A DNA stretch of 49,564 bases. Source: Chloroflexota bacterium. GTDB lineage: Bacteria > Chloroflexota > Dormibacteria > CF-121. The stretch covers positions 5,961 to 55,524 of the forward strand of contig VBEE01000036.1 of NCBI GenBank assembly GCA_005881715.1, read 5' to 3'. The notes beneath the pieces are model-generated. The model did not search any database. It was not told the DNA's origin and saw only the letters and a program-made list of their open reading frames with translations. Shown here one piece after another: positions 38,843 to 47,690 of the stretch (positions are counted from its first letter, which is position 1; each line of letters begins with the position of its first letter). The position numbers were made by a program, and so were the translations under genes.

Positions 38843-39907
38843 ATGGCCCGCGTCGTCGAGCTGCGCAGCGATACTTTCACGCAGCCCACCGAGTCGATGC
38901 TGAAGGCGATGGCGATCGCGGAGGTCGGTGACGATGTATGGGACGAGGACCCCACCATCCATCGCCTCCAGGAGCGAGCCGCCGAGATGGTGGGCAGCGA
39001 GGCATCGCTCTTTACCCCCAGCGGGACGATGGGCAATCTGTGCGCTCTGCTGAGCCACGCCCAGCCAGGCGACGAGGTCATCGTGGAAATCGATAGCCAT
39101 ATATTTCAGAACGAAGTCGGTGGCGCTTCCGTCGTCGGCGGGCTGCAGTTGCGCCCGCTGGACAGCCAGAACGGCCGGCTCCAGCCGGAGCAGGTAGCGC
39201 GGGTCATCCGGCAACCGGACATCCATGAGCCACGCAGCACGCTGCTCTGCCTCGAGAACACCCACAATCGCAAAGGTGGGACCTGTTTGAGCCCGGGCCA
39301 GACCGAGGCGCTCTGCGCCGTGGCTCATCAGGCGGGTTTGAAAGTTCATCTGGACGGCGCCCGGATTTTCAATGCCGCCGTCGCGCAGAGGGTCGACGTC
39401 CGCGAGCTCACCGGTCCGGTGGACTCCGTCATGTTCTGCCTCTCCAAGGGATTGAGTGCGCCGGTCGGCTCCGTGCTGGCCGGCCCGGCCGACTTCATCG
39501 AGCGGGCTCGCCGGATGCGCAAGATGGTCGGCGGCGGTATGCGCCAGGCGGGTGTTCTGGCCGCTGCGGGGCTGTGCGCGCTGAACGAGATGGTCGATCG
39601 CCTCGCGGAGGATCACGCCAATGCCAGGCGCCTGGCCGAAGGCCTGCAGGGACTGTCGGGGTTTGACGTGGACCTCTCGACGGTGGAGACGAACATGGTC
39701 TTTGGCCAGTGCCGTCCGCCCCTCACCGCCCGCCAGTTCATCGACCGCTGCCGGACGGTCGGCGTCTTGCTCGACCAGGCATCACCCGATCGATGGCGGA
39801 TGGTCACCCACCGGGGCGTCAGCGCCGATGACGTCGACTACGCGATCGAGGCCGTCCGCGGGCTGTTTTTCGCGCCGGCCACCACACCGCTTCGCGCCAC
39901 CGGCTAG
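38843..39907 (+). CDS. ltaE: Low-specificity L-threonine aldolase
   Basis: ELRSDT.T.PT..M, GDDV..EDPT, PSGTMGN, LENTHN, HLDGARIFNA, CLSKGL.APVGS, GGGMRQAG; TAGACT 6 nt before ATG 38843. Confidence 0.93.
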   Translation: MARVVELRSDTFTQPTESMLKAMAIAEVGDDVWDEDPTIHRLQERAAEMVGSEASLFTPSGTMGNLCALLSHAQPGDEVIVEIDSHIFQNEVGGASVVGGLQLRPLDSQNGRLQPEQVARVIRQPDIHEPRSTLLCLENTHNRKGGTCLSPGQTEALCAVAHQAGLKVHLDGARIFNAAVAQRVDVRELTGPVDSVMFCLSKGLSAPVGSVLAGPADFIERARRMRKMVGGGMRQAGVLAAAGLCALNEMVDRLAEDHANARRLAEGLQGLSGFDVDLSTVETNMVFGQCRPPLTARQFIDRCRTVGVLLDQASPDRWRMVTHRGVSADDVDYAIEAVRGLFFAPATTPLRATG

Positions 39908-39939
39908 CAGATCCCGACCACCGGGGCTGAGGAGATGGC

Positions 39940-41817
39940 TTAGCGAACGGGCACGCCGGTCATCGCATCGAATAGCGGACCGCCGAAGGTCGCGTCCGGT
40001 AACAGGAGCATGCTCCCAAAGGTCTGCCAGTCACCGCTCGCGTCCGTCATGATGCCGGCCGGCGCCTGTGGGGTGCCACCAAGCGCGATGGCCACCGGTC
40101 TCCCCGGCAACATCCAGCCGGACGCCACGGTTGCGAGCCCGGGATCGGTGGCACCGAAGGCGTGGACGGCGCCGGCGCTGTCGAGCGCGAGCCCGGCGTG
40201 TGATCCAGAGAATAACGCCGCATCGACCAGGGAGGCGCCGGCAGAAAGCGAGACGGAGCCCACAACCCGACCCTCCCCCGCCGCGGGAGACGGTGCCACG
40301 GCGACGGCGCCGGCCGCATCAACGGCGACGATGCTGCCATCGCCGGAGCCCAGCATCCGCACGGGCGCCTTGAGCGCGAATCGCGGTCCGGCCGTCCCGG
40401 AGCTGCTCCAGGTGGTCCCATCGGCCAGCAGCCGGAGCGGGCCGGAAGGCAGAGCCGCAACGTCGACGGCGGCCGCCACCGACGCCGGCGGCGCGTTCGA
40501 TATCCCTGCGCCTCCGCCCAATCCATGCAGCGAGGCATCGGTGCCGAGCAGGAGCGCGCCATCCGCCGATGGATGTTCCTGGCGCACGCCCATCGTTGCC
40601 GGCGTGCCATCCGGCTGAGCCGGGAGTGCGCCCAGCACCGCGTGATCCGCAGCCGTGGCCGGCATGGCGGCGCGCGCCGGGAGCGAGGCCGTCACCACGA
40701 CGGGTGGCGCGGGATTTCGGGCGGCGTCGTTGAGCGTGAGCCGAAGCCGATAGGTGACCCCTGGATCGCCGAGGAAGCGGAGCGCGCCCTGGCTTCGCCC
40801 GGCGGTGGGCTGGTCCGCCGACTGCGTGAACCACTGTCGAAACCCGGCCGATCCCGCTGCCACCTCGATCGCCATGCCCTTGACGCCGGACAGGCCGTCG
40901 TTGCCCGACCAGTGCAGACTGGGCGCCGTCGAAGCTCCGGGATCGACGCGCAGCGCCGAGGTGGGCGGTTCGACGTCATATAGATATAGGTAGGTGATGT
41001 CGGCGCTGGTGCCGGCCCGGTCGAAGACGCGAAGGTGCAGGGTGTGGGCTCCGGGGCCGGGCACGGCCGCGCTGCCACTGGTCGCCAGCGTCCGGCCGGC
41101 CGCCGCACCAGGGTCCTGGTCCCAGCGCGCGGCAAATCCAGCCAGGCCGTGTCCTCCGTCCCGGAGGCGCCAGCTCACCGGCGGCGGTGGCCCATCCATG
41201 CCGTACCAGGAGTTCCAGTGCGCCCCACCAGGAAAAGCGAGCGGCAGCAGGAAGGGCACCGGCGGGTTGCTCGTCCACAGATTGCCCAGGTCCCAACGCC
41301 AGGGATCCTTGCCCGGCCCGGTCCAGCCGTAGGGATCGACCGAGTGCCACGGCGTGAGCAGGTCGCGCACCTCGAAGTGAAGATGCGGGCCCGTGGAATT
41401 TCCCGTGCTACCGCTGAGCGCGATCAGCTGGCCTCGAGACACGTGCTGTCCCGGATACACGAAGAGTTGATTGTTGTGGAAGTAGGCGGTGCGGTCGTAG
41501 GCGTGATCGATGACGACGCCCCAACCGCCGCTGTCGCTCCACTCGCTGTAGATGACGGTGCCCTCATCGGCCGCCAGCACCGGCGTGTTCGACGGTACGG
41601 CGAAATCCGTACCCCGATGGCCGTCATAGGCGTAGCCCCGGGCGCCGTCGAAGCGGATCATCGTCCCGTCGTCTTGCCGGTCGGGGTAATGGTGGTCCGT
41701 CCACGAGGTTATGCGTGGATGCGGGTCGGCAAAAGGCAGGGTCAGGTTCCCGGCTGCCGCCGCGGACTGCGCGGAGAGCAGGGACAAGGCAATGGCAAGA
41801 GTTACCGCCCTGTGCAA
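39940..41817 (-). CDS. Secreted M23-family metallopeptidase with long C-terminal beta-rich domains
   Basis: Signal peptide ending AQSAAAA, GHRGTD (HxxxD), PVLAA.EG.V, YFH, G.TGNSTGPHLHFEV. Start estimated at TTG 41817; the ORF track gives 41973. Confidence 0.85.
   Translation of the reverse strand: MHRAVTLAIALSLLSAQSAAAAGNLTLPFADPHPRITSWTDHHYPDRQDDGTMIRFDGARGYAYDGHRGTDFAVPSNTPVLAADEGTVIYSEWSDSGGWGVVIDHAYDRTAYFHNNQLFVYPGQHVSRGQLIALSGSTGNSTGPHLHFEVRDLLTPWHSVDPYGWTGPGKDPWRWDLGNLWTSNPPVPFLLPLAFPGGAHWNSWYGMDGPPPPVSWRLRDGGHGLAGFAARWDQDPGAAAGRTLATSGSAAVPGPGAHTLHLRVFDRAGTSADITYLYLYDVEPPTSALRVDPGASTAPSLHWSGNDGLSGVKGMAIEVAAGSAGFRQWFTQSADQPTAGRSQGALRFLGDPGVTYRLRLTLNDAARNPAPPVVVTASLPARAAMPATAADHAVLGALPAQPDGTPATMGVRQEHPSADGALLLGTDASLHGLGGGAGISNAPPASVAAAVDVAALPSGPLRLLADGTTWSSSGTAGPRFALKAPVRMLGSGDGSIVAVDAAGAVAVAPSPAAGEGRVVGSVSLSAGASLVDAALFSGSHAGLALDSAGAVHAFGATDPGLATVASGWMLPGRPVAIALGGTPQAPAGIMTDASGDWQTFGSMLLLPDATFGGPLFDAMTGVPVR
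40259..40293 (+). repeat. C/G-tract repeat copy 5 (in frame inside the M23 peptidase)
   Basis: CCCACAACCC GA CCCTCCCCC GCCGC GGGAGACGG; peptide PSPAAGEGRVVG. Confidence 0.65.
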
Positions 41818-42035
41818 CCTTAAGAACCGCGTAACAACGGGGCCGTAACGCGACCTGAAAGAAAGCCGCAACAGGCCCGCGACGGCACCGTCACGATGCA
41901 GGCCCCCTCTTGGGGTCGCTACAGGCTTTCCCATAGGCTGGCGTTGAATTGCGAAGGAGTCCAAGGATCTCACCTGTTTTGCCGCGTGTCCCGTGGCCGC
42001 GCAGCGGCGATTCTAACCGCTCAGGAAAACAAGGA

Positions 42036-42545
42036 ATGACGCAACGGCACTCACGTTCACGCGGGAAACGGGCCCAGGCGCTGGCCGAGATGGCCGTGAT
42101 GGTGCCCTTCCTCGTCATCGGAATGATGGGGATGCTCGACCTCGGCCGGGCCTTCTACTACCAGATTGCCATCACGAACGCCGTGCGGGAGGGCGCCCGC
42201 TATGCCGCAGAGCCCTACTACTTCGGGCTCAACCCGAGTTGCGCCAACGTCCCGCCGCCCTCGACACCGGGCGCCAATTGCGTGACCGCCGGCGACACCA
42301 CCATCCAGGACCGAGTCAACCGCGAGCTCACCGGGACGGGCTTCTTGATCCCGACAGCCGACATCCTCGTGACGCCGGATCAGAGCCAGCGGGTTACCGA
42401 TTTCACCAGCCTCACGCCGACATCGCAGTACCCGATCAAGGTCACGGCCAGCTTCCGGTTCAACTTCATCACGCCGATCATCGGCAGCCTGATCGGGAAC
42501 CCACTGACGATCAGTTCCAGCGCAGTCTTCAGGGCGGAGTACTGA
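42036..42545 (+). CDS. tadE: TadE-like pseudopilin
   Basis: Basic leader, RA|QALAEMA..VP.L, D.GR......TNAVREGARYA; SD AAGGA before ATG 42036. Confidence 0.88.
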   Translation: MTQRHSRSRGKRAQALAEMAVMVPFLVIGMMGMLDLGRAFYYQIAITNAVREGARYAAEPYYFGLNPSCANVPPPSTPGANCVTAGDTTIQDRVNRELTGTGFLIPTADILVTPDQSQRVTDFTSLTPTSQYPIKVTASFRFNFITPIIGSLIGNPLTISSSAVFRAEY

Positions 42546-43021
42546 TGCGCAAGGGCCTGTTGCGCCGTCACCGCGGCCAGTCGATGGTCGAGTTTGCCGT
42601 GCTCTCGCCGGTGTTCTTCCTGCTGCTGCTCGGCACCATCGACCTGGGACGCGCGGTTTACATCTATAACACCATCTCCGATGCCGCCCGCGAGGGTACT
42701 CGGGCCGCCATCCCCTTCGATTCGCCGCTGCCGACGAATGCGGCGGTGGTCGCGGCCGTCCAGAGCAAACTTGGCGGCGGTTTCACCCTTGCAGTCGACA
42801 ACGCGTGCGCCGGGCAGCCAGCGGGCGGGAGCTGTCCGACCGTTCCAACCGTCCCGAACACAGGCTTCATCTGGTACGGCCCGGGCATTGGAACGCCGGG
42901 CCGGGGCGAGGTCACGGTCAAGATCTCGTTTCTCTTCCAGCCGTGGATCCCGGTGGTGCGGGATGCGGCCGGCAACGGCGTTGTGATCTCGGCGCAATCC
43001 ACGATGGTGACGGAGTATTGA
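42545..43021 (+). CDS. tadE: TadE-like pseudopilin
   Basis: RG|QSMVEFA...P....LL.G.IDLGR......DAAREG.R.A; coupled TGATG start. Confidence 0.9.
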   Translation: MRKGLLRRHRGQSMVEFAVLSPVFFLLLLGTIDLGRAVYIYNTISDAAREGTRAAIPFDSPLPTNAAVVAAVQSKLGGGFTLAVDNACAGQPAGGSCPTVPTVPNTGFIWYGPGIGTPGRGEVTVKISFLFQPWIPVVRDAAGNGVVISAQSTMVTEY

Positions 43022-43025
43022 ACAA

Positions 43026-44639
43026 ATGCTGATCAAGCTACGCAAAGGTAAGCGCGCCCAGAGCCTGGTGATCGTGGCGCTTTCGGCCACGGCGCTGTTC
43101 GGGATCATCGCCCTGGGACTGGACGCCGGCCGGCTGTACTTCCAGCGTCGCGATGTGCAGAACGCCGCGGATGCCGGCGCGCTTGCCGGAGCGCAGGAAC
43201 TGCTGCCAACCGGCAGCAACACCACGGTCACGAGCGCGATGATTGATTCCGCCGGATGCCAGGCATCCGTGTATGCGCTGCTGGGCCTGCTGGACACGCC
43301 GCGCGACGGCAGCGGCACCAACTGCAATCCGGCCCCGGGCGCCTACCATCCCAACAGCTTCGGCGGTGGGATCAGCGAGCCGGCTGACCACATCTCGGCC
43401 ACCGTCCAGGTCTGGACGCCCAGCCGCGGCAACAGCAACGAGATCCACGTGCGGGTGACCTACAACGTGCCGCTGACGTTTGCCGCGGTGCTGGGCTTCA
43501 CCACCTCGGCCGTGGTTGCCGACGCCTATGCCCACGGCGGCTTCTACAACAAGACCTACACCGTCTTCGGCTTCGACGCGGGCGGTAATGGCAACGCCGT
43601 CAACTTCGACCAGAACGGCAATGCCCAGATCGACGACGGCTTCAACGGCAGCGACATCTGCCAGCCCAGCCCGGACCAGGGCCGGCTGGTGTCCAACTCG
43701 AAGTGGCACGCCCCCAACCCGGGTGGGGACTGGATGAACCTCAACGGGCAGTTCTACTATTCGCAAGCGTCAGACACACACGCGCTGATCGAGTACTGGT
43801 ACAAGAGCGTGGGGACATCCCAGCCGATCGAGGGGTCGCCCAACTACGAGCCGCCGCTGAAGCCCGGCTTTGCACTCCCTCCAACAACGACTACCTACAA
43901 CGGGAAAACCGTTCACGTCTACTACCCGGGAACCTACATCAACCCGATCAACGCCACGAACAACAACGACTACTACCGCTTCATGAACGGGATCTACTAC
44001 TTCCAGGACGTCGATTTCAACATCACCGGCGGCATCGTCTCCAACACCTCGGATGGCGTACCACACTACGGCCCCTATGGCGGCGTGTCGGACCTGCCGG
44101 CGGCTGCCGACAGGACCAACGGGGTGACCTTCGTCTTCGACGGCAATGCGAAGTTCACCGCCAGCACCAGTGGCAACACCTCGCCGAGCGTCTTCTTTGC
44201 GGCGCCGAGCTTCATCTCCAGTGGCACCGACAGCATCGCCTTCTTCATCAAGGCGACGGATACGATCAGCGGCCCGAACGGATCGCCCTGGGACGAGGAG
44301 ATCGACGGCACCAAGGGGACGGCGGGCGGCTATCCATTCCAGGTCTGGGGCTCGGTCTTCAATGCCGACAACAACGGCTCGCATGGGACGGTCGTCACGC
44401 TCCGGGCGGTCAGTGCCTCCAACGGCACAAACCGCTACGCGGTAACGGGTGAGGTCGTCTCGCCCCAGGTCGACCTCGATGGCGGCAACATGGTGAGCGG
44501 ACCCTACACACCGAACGCGCCGGCCCCCCCGCCCGGCTGTCGGGCAAGTGACTATCACCAGAGCCCGGCCGGGTTAATGGTGCAGTTCAACGCCCACTAC
44601 GTGCCCCACTGGCGGGGCCTCGCCTACCTGGTCAGGTAG
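43026..44639 (+). CDS. tadG: TadG-like pilus-associated protein with a large Asn/Gly/Tyr-rich adhesin-like region
   Basis: RA|QSLVIVAL, ALGLD.GR......QNAADAGALAGA..L N-terminal Tad motif. Confidence 0.82.
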   Translation: MLIKLRKGKRAQSLVIVALSATALFGIIALGLDAGRLYFQRRDVQNAADAGALAGAQELLPTGSNTTVTSAMIDSAGCQASVYALLGLLDTPRDGSGTNCNPAPGAYHPNSFGGGISEPADHISATVQVWTPSRGNSNEIHVRVTYNVPLTFAAVLGFTTSAVVADAYAHGGFYNKTYTVFGFDAGGNGNAVNFDQNGNAQIDDGFNGSDICQPSPDQGRLVSNSKWHAPNPGGDWMNLNGQFYYSQASDTHALIEYWYKSVGTSQPIEGSPNYEPPLKPGFALPPTTTTYNGKTVHVYYPGTYINPINATNNNDYYRFMNGIYYFQDVDFNITGGIVSNTSDGVPHYGPYGGVSDLPAAADRTNGVTFVFDGNAKFTASTSGNTSPSVFFAAPSFISSGTDSIAFFIKATDTISGPNGSPWDEEIDGTKGTAGGYPFQVWGSVFNADNNGSHGTVVTLRAVSASNGTNRYAVTGEVVSPQVDLDGGNMVSGPYTPNAPAPPPGCRASDYHQSPAGLMVQFNAHYVPHWRGLAYLVR

Positions 44640-44644
44640 GGCGA

Positions 44645-44677
44645 CCCCCACCCCGACCTTCCCTAGCAAGGGGGGAG
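44645..44677 (+). repeat. C/G-tract repeat copy 6 (intergenic)
   Basis: CCCCCACCCC GA CCTTCCC TAGCAA GGGGGGAG. Confidence 0.75.
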
Positions 44678-44716
44678 CGAGATTTCTGGGGACTGACGCC
44701 TTACAATTCGGGGAAC

Positions 44717-45259
44717 GTGGCGCACGCCATCTATTGCTTCCTCGACGGGGAGACGCTACACGGCGATCCCCCCAAGGGCGAGCTGGACAGCCCCGTCGTG
44801 GAGACCCGTGTCCTGAACCTGGGTACGAATAACCGTGGTGCCTTCGTCCCGCTCAGCAGCCTCAAATATGTCCTGCTCGACTCGCGGCCGCCCTCCAACC
44901 CGGTGGACATCGCCCGCTACCAGCGGGTGGCGATCCATTTCGTCGACCACGAGGTGCTCCGCGGCTACAGCGACCGCCAACTGCGGCCGTCCCGATATGG
45001 GGTCACCCTCTCGCTGGTATCGCCCGACCAGAGCGAGGTCAAAGACCTGGCGATCCCCTTTACCGCGCTCAAGGGGATCTTCTATCTCAAGACCTGGGAA
45101 GGCGGCGATTCGCCCATGCTCGAGTCCGACTGGGTTCCGCGCATCCTCGAAGCGCGCGAGCAGGAGCAGGTCCGGCGGCAGTACTCGCCGGCGGGCAAGC
45201 CGCGGCACCTGATGCCGTTGTTAGAGAGGATCATCCGCCGCCGAAAGATCGCCGAATAG
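44717..45259 (+). CDS. Hypothetical protein with an internal duplication (DUF6982-like)
   Basis: Two similar units, F.DGE.L.G...VP.SSLK.V and F.D.EVL.GY...IP.TALK.IF; TACAAT 9 nt before GTG. Confidence 0.7.
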   Translation: MAHAIYCFLDGETLHGDPPKGELDSPVVETRVLNLGTNNRGAFVPLSSLKYVLLDSRPPSNPVDIARYQRVAIHFVDHEVLRGYSDRQLRPSRYGVTLSLVSPDQSEVKDLAIPFTALKGIFYLKTWEGGDSPMLESDWVPRILEAREQEQVRRQYSPAGKPRHLMPLLERIIRRRKIAE

Positions 45260-45286
45260 CCCCGGTTGCAGCGGTTCCGCCCTGAT

Positions 45287-46297
45287 ATGTTGAATCGTAA
45301 GATGCAGCCCGCCGCCGTCCCGCCGCAGGCGGCGGTCACGCGATCGGCCCTCAAAGACCGGCTGCTCGATCCGCGGACGCTGATCTCCTTCGGAATCCTC
45401 GCCGTCGTCCTGTTCGTCGTGCTCACGCATGTCCAGTTCGACTACGGCGACAGCCTGCGCGCGATCAGTCAGACGAACGTCCTCATTTACGCCCTGGCAT
45501 TCGTCGCCTTCTACTTCTCCTTCGTGGTGCGCACCATCCGCTGGCAGATCCTCCTCCGCAATACGGGCGAGTCCAACCGGTTCGGTGAGCTCTTCCACAT
45601 CGTGATCCTCGCCTGGTTCGCCAACTGCGTCCTGCCCGCGAAAATGGGCGACTTCTATCGCGCATATCTGCTCCGTCAGCAGACGGACGTCTCCGGATCC
45701 AAGGGGTTGGGCACGATTTTCAGCGAGCGCGCGCTCGACTTCCTGGTCCTGATGAGCCTGCTGGTCATCAGTGGCCTGATCAGCTTTCGGGCAACCGTCC
45801 CGGAACGATTCGTCCCCGCCTTCATCGTGGGCCTCCTGATCGCGGCCGGCCTGATCGCCGGCCTGCTCGTCGTCCGCTACAGCGAGGGCCGGCTGTCGCG
45901 GTACCTTCCGGAGCGTCTCCGCGAACGTGCCACCCGCTTCAAGCATGGCCTGCTGAGCGCGTTTGCCGGCCGCCTACCCCTGCTCCTTGGCCTGACCGTC
46001 CTTGTCTGGATGGCGGAGTCCACCCGCCTCTTCCTGGTGGTCCAGGCGCTGCCGTTGCACGTCTCGCTCAGCCTGGCGCAGATCATGTTCATCGCACTCG
46101 TGGCCTCGCTGCTGACGACGATCCCTGCCCTGCCGGGCGGGCTCGTCCTGGTGGAGGGAGGAATCATCGCGGTCCTGGTCTTCTTCGGCCTGACCGCCTC
46201 CCAGGCACTCTCCGTCGCCATCCTCGACCGCCTGATCAGCTACTGGAGCCTGATCGCCGTGGGGCTGGTGGTCTTCCTGATGAGCCATCGGCGTTGA
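45287..46297 (+). CDS. Lysylphosphatidylglycerol-synthase TM / flippase-like (UPF0104) membrane protein
   Basis: R..RW.ILL, FAN.VLPAK.GD.YR.Y, ER.LD, P.LPGG...VE, DRLISYW; start 45266, 45287 or 45302. Confidence 0.85.
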   Translation: MLNRKMQPAAVPPQAAVTRSALKDRLLDPRTLISFGILAVVLFVVLTHVQFDYGDSLRAISQTNVLIYALAFVAFYFSFVVRTIRWQILLRNTGESNRFGELFHIVILAWFANCVLPAKMGDFYRAYLLRQQTDVSGSKGLGTIFSERALDFLVLMSLLVISGLISFRATVPERFVPAFIVGLLIAAGLIAGLLVVRYSEGRLSRYLPERLRERATRFKHGLLSAFAGRLPLLLGLTVLVWMAESTRLFLVVQALPLHVSLSLAQIMFIALVASLLTTIPALPGGLVLVEGGIIAVLVFFGLTASQALSVAILDRLISYWSLIAVGLVVFLMSHRR

Positions 46298-47247
46298 AAG
46301 TCCTGATCACCGGCGGCGCGGGCTTCATCGGATCCCACATCGCCGACCGGCTCCTGGTGGAGGGGCATGAGGTCGTGATCCTCGACGACCTCACCACCGG
46401 CCACGTCGAGCGCGTCCCTCCGGGGGCGCGCTTCTACCAGATGGATGTGCACTCACCCTGGCTCGAGGAGCTTTTCAAGATCGAGCAGCCCCAGGCCGTC
46501 GTCCACCAGGCAGCCCAGGCCAGCGTGCGCCGCTCGGTCGATGACCCGGTGTTCGACGCCGGCGTCAACGTGCTGGGAACGGTGGCCCTGCTGCAGACCA
46601 GCGTCCGTCATGGGGTCCGTCGCGTCCTCTTTGCCTCCACCGGCGGCGCCCTCTACGGCGACGCGGAGCTAACGCCCACCCCGGAGGACTACCCGACGCT
46701 TCCCGTGTCACCGTACGGCGCCTCGAAGCTGGCCGGCGAGGTGTATCTGCGGACGTTTCACGCGGTGCATGGCCTTTCGTACGCCGCGCTGCGCTATGCG
46801 AATGTGTACGGCCCTCGCCAGGATCCCCACGGCGAAGCGGGTGTCGTCGCCATTTTCAGCCGGCGGCTGTTGAGCGGTGAGGTCGCGCGCATCAACGGGG
46901 ACGGCACACAGACCCGCGATTTCGTGTATGTCGGCGATGTGGCGGAGGCGAACGTCCGAGCCCTCACGTCGGAGGCCATCGGATCCTTCAACGTTGGCAC
47001 CGGTGTCGAGACCGATATCAATGCGGTCTTCCAGTTGCTGAGACGCCTGACGGGCAGCAGCCAGGCTGAAGTCCATGGGCCGCCGATGCCTGGCGAGCAG
47101 CGGCGCTCGGTGGTGGACGCGCGGAAGATCGAGAAGGTGATGGGATGGCGTCCAACAACGAGCCTGGAGGCAGGCCTTACGGCGACAGCGCGGTATTTTC
47201 GCGAGGCGCAGGGCGTGCCGGCGACAGCGCCAGGGCGGCCTGCCTGA
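46294..47247 (+). CDS. NAD-dependent epimerase (UDP-glucose 4-epimerase-like)
   Basis: ITGGAGFIGSH, AAQASV..SV.DP, STGGALYG, YGASK, RYANVYGPRQDPHGEAGVVAIF, TRDFVYV. Confidence 0.92.
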   Translation: MKVLITGGAGFIGSHIADRLLVEGHEVVILDDLTTGHVERVPPGARFYQMDVHSPWLEELFKIEQPQAVVHQAAQASVRRSVDDPVFDAGVNVLGTVALLQTSVRHGVRRVLFASTGGALYGDAELTPTPEDYPTLPVSPYGASKLAGEVYLRTFHAVHGLSYAALRYANVYGPRQDPHGEAGVVAIFSRRLLSGEVARINGDGTQTRDFVYVGDVAEANVRALTSEAIGSFNVGTGVETDINAVFQLLRRLTGSSQAEVHGPPMPGEQRRSVVDARKIEKVMGWRPTTSLEAGLTATARYFREAQGVPATAPGRPA

Positions 47248-47665
47248 GCGCCGTATCGCCGGCGTCCATCAAGCCGCGGGCCGCCTCCACGATCAGCGGG
47301 TTGCGGGCGCTCTCGCCGCCGATCATGCGGCTCGCCCAGTCGTAGGCCTCGCAAGCCCGGCCAAGCTCGGCCCGTAGGTCCGCCGCCTGGTCTGACCCGC
47401 TGGCCGGACGGAGCCGAAGCATCTGGTAGTAACCGGTCTGAAAAATCTTCCGTGTTTCCTTCGCGGCGTCGGCCCACTCCGCCTGGGGTGCAGCGTCGAG
47501 CGCCTGGCGGAGCTGGGTGGCGGCCTTTTCGACACTGACCGCGACGTCGGCAAGGACGATGTGATAATCCGTCGGGGCCAGCTTCGACGGCGTTCCCAGG
47601 ACCCGGTACACGGCCCACAGCGCGGCCGCCAGCACCAGCAGGATCAGAAGATACAGCCAGACCAT
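47177..47665 (-). CDS. Hypothetical N-terminally anchored helical protein
   Basis: Hydrophobic N-terminus MVWLYLLILLVLAAALWAV, GGAG SD and TAACCT upstream, helical Ala-rich body. Confidence 0.7.
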   Translation of the reverse strand: MVWLYLLILLVLAAALWAVYRVLGTPSKLAPTDYHIVLADVAVSVEKAATQLRQALDAAPQAEWADAAKETRKIFQTGYYQMLRLRPASGSDQAADLRAELGRACEAYDWASRMIGGESARNPLIVEAARGLMDAGDTALRQAALALSPARPAPRENTALSP

Positions 47666-47690
47666 CTCCTGGCTTGAGGTTAGCGCGCGG

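Noticed and set aside
41940-42000. c-di-GMP-I-like GGCAAA...GCAA on the minus strand near the tad/M23 promoters
   Set aside because: Lacks the GNRA loop, receptor and P3 organisation.
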